The notes under the pieces are model-generated. The model searched no databases and had not been told where the DNA came from. It was given only the letters and a program-made list of their open reading frames with translations. The translations under genes were made by a program, and so were the position numbers. DNA of 64,000 bases from Phycisphaerales bacterium JB040 (GTDB lineage Bacteria; Planctomycetota; Phycisphaerae; Phycisphaerales; UBA1924): contig JBICID010000101.1 in the NCBI GenBank assembly GCA_043101615.1, positions 16,206-80,205 of the forward strand, in the 5' to 3' direction. Positions 62,700-64,000 of the stretch are shown piece by piece. Numbering within the stretch: the stretch's first letter is position 1; every line of letters begins with the position of its first letter.

Positions 62700-64000
62700 T
62701 TAGGGCCCGGGCGAGGAGCTCGGAGTACGCGGGGGGTCGCCCGGCTCCCTGTTCTCGGGCGTTGTGCCTGGCGCTGCCCCCTCGGGTCTCTCCACGCCGA
62801 AGACGTCCGGGGCTTGCTTGTCGGGGTCGCGGTCGCCACCGAGCACCGCGAGCACCGTGAACGCCCCGAGGAAGCAGGCAAGCGCCGCGAGTGAGGCGAG
62901 CCCGATCGGGAGCGTGCGACGGGGCCCGGGCCCGCGTGCGTGGGTCTCGGCACAGGCGATCGCCATGAGCATCAGCAGGAAGGGCTCGTGGTACCGCTGC
63001 CACACGTTGGCCGAGGCGGTCTGCGACAGCGCAAAGCCCAGCAGCCCCAGCCCCATGATCCAGCGCGAGCGGGGCGAGAGCGCCGCCCCCCACAGCAGCA
63101 GCGCGACCGCGCCAGCGGGGGCCCCCAGCAGGACCAGCACCGAGGTGTGGCCCGCGATCACCGGCAGCCGGCGGACCACGTTCCACCAGCCCGAGGCTCT
63201 CCCCTCGTCGAACGACCACGTGGTCTCCGGAACGATCGCCAGCACGATCGCCGGCACGCACGCGATCACGACGAGCGCGATCGTGCGCCAGTCCGGGCGG
63301 GCCCGGAGCCACCGGGGCAGCAGCCACGGCGCGAAGAAGACCGACAGCACCGCGATCTCCAGCAGCAGGAACGCCGGCAGCGAGGGCGACCACGACTGTG
63401 TCGTCACCTGGAACCGGGGCGGCGTCAGCCCGCCCCACAGCCGGTAGAACCACCCGACGATCGCGAAGGCCGGCAGCGTGCACGCCACGCCCAGCAGCGT
63501 GCGGGGCAGCCGGCGTTTCACGCCCGCCCAGAGCGGTCGCTCCGCGTCGTGGTCGGGGGCCATCCACGCGCCCAGCCACACCAGCCCCGCCGCCCACAGG
63601 TGGATCTGGCGGGTGAACACCAGCAGCGCCAGCAGAACGCCCGAGACCGCAAGCCCGCCCGGCGAGACACGCCCCGCGAGCGTGCGCAGCAGGACCGCCA
63701 GCACCAGCAGCCAGGCCAGGTTGTCTGGCAGCACGAACACGCCGGGCAGCAGCGTGTAGTTCGAGGCGATCAGGGGCAGCGTGAGCGCGACGCCCAGCAG
63801 CGGGGGAGCACGCCTCACCAGCGCCCGCGCCAGCACGAACAGCAGCACGGCCGTGATGACCGCCGAGCACACCCGCATCGACGGGACCGAGTCCAGCCCG
63901 GCGCGCACGGGCAGCGCCAGCAGCAGGTGGTACCCCGGCGTGGTGGCGGTGAGGTAGTTGGAGAAGTCCGGGGCGGGCAACTGCTCGGCCAGGGCGCGGA
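62700..64000 (-). CDS. polytopic integral membrane protein, GT-C-like (ArnT/PMT-type glycosyltransferase?); the N-terminus probably lies beyond the right edge
   Basis: At least 10 hydrophobic segments. The reading frame stays open up to position 64000 (RALAEQLPAPDFSNYL...), so the TTG start in the ORF track is probably not the real start. The family assignment is tentative. Confidence 0.55.
   Translation of the reverse strand, partial: RALAEQLPAPDFSNYLTATTPGYHLLLALPVRAGLDSVPSMRVCSAVITAVLLFVLARALVRRAPPLLGVALTLPLIASNYTLLPGVFVLPDNLAWLLVLAVLLRTLAGRVSPGGLAVSGVLLALLVFTRQIHLWAAGLVWLGAWMAPDHDAERPLWAGVKRRLPRTLLGVACTLPAFAIVGWFYRLWGGLTPPRFQVTTQSWSPSLPAFLLLEIAVLSVFFAPWLLPRWLRARPDWRTIALVVIACVPAIVLAIVPETTWSFDEGRASGWWNVVRRLPVIAGHTSVLVLLGAPAGAVALLLWGAALSPRSRWIMGLGLLGFALSQTASANVWQRYHEPFLLMLMAIACAETHARGPGPRRTLPIGLASLAALACFLGAFTVLAVLGGDRDPDKQAPDVFGVERPEGAAPGTTPENREPGDPPRTPSSSPGP

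Overview
This is a very G+C-rich (over 70% by eye) bacterial chromosomal segment, densely coding on both strands. I support about 50 CDS. I found no rRNA, tRNA, CRISPR array, transposase or integrase. Most long ORFs in the six-frame track are antisense or shadow artefacts of the high G+C; I picked real genes by recognisable family motifs, G/C-rich third codon positions and Shine-Dalgarno-like sites.

Housekeeping genes include pepA, a class II DAHP synthase, a CBS plus cystathionine gamma-lyase/synthase pair, surE, dxr, pyrB, gmk, gmd and a DEAD-box helicase. Envelope and glycan genes include a neuC-like epimerase, a TPR/GT41 transferase, GT2, a PHP-GT4 fusion, a GT-C-like membrane protein and two sulfotransferase-like genes. 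Signalling genes include PilZ, HDOD and a DtxR/MntR regulator. There is also an orphan DNA methyltransferase and a low-G+C Mrr islet.

The most striking feature is a set of seven secreted proteins (GH57, GH13, a PQQ sugar dehydrogenase, an FG-GAP protein and three unknowns). Each ends in the same 54-aa, Cys-bracketed, double EF-hand dockerin-like module finishing exactly at ...LAGC-stop. An eighth protein carries a degenerate variant. No docking partner is visible in the window.

Other points of interest:
- a Ser/Thr kinase gene interrupted by one in-frame TAG, next to the Mrr islet
- two long non-coding regions that end in strong intrinsic terminators with no gene to explain them
- a family of REP-like hairpins and word-like repeats in many intergenic regions
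- two opposed 7-bp-phased heptamer arrays

The gene content suggests a Planctomycetota (Phycisphaerae-like) origin. That is an inference, not a demonstrated fact.
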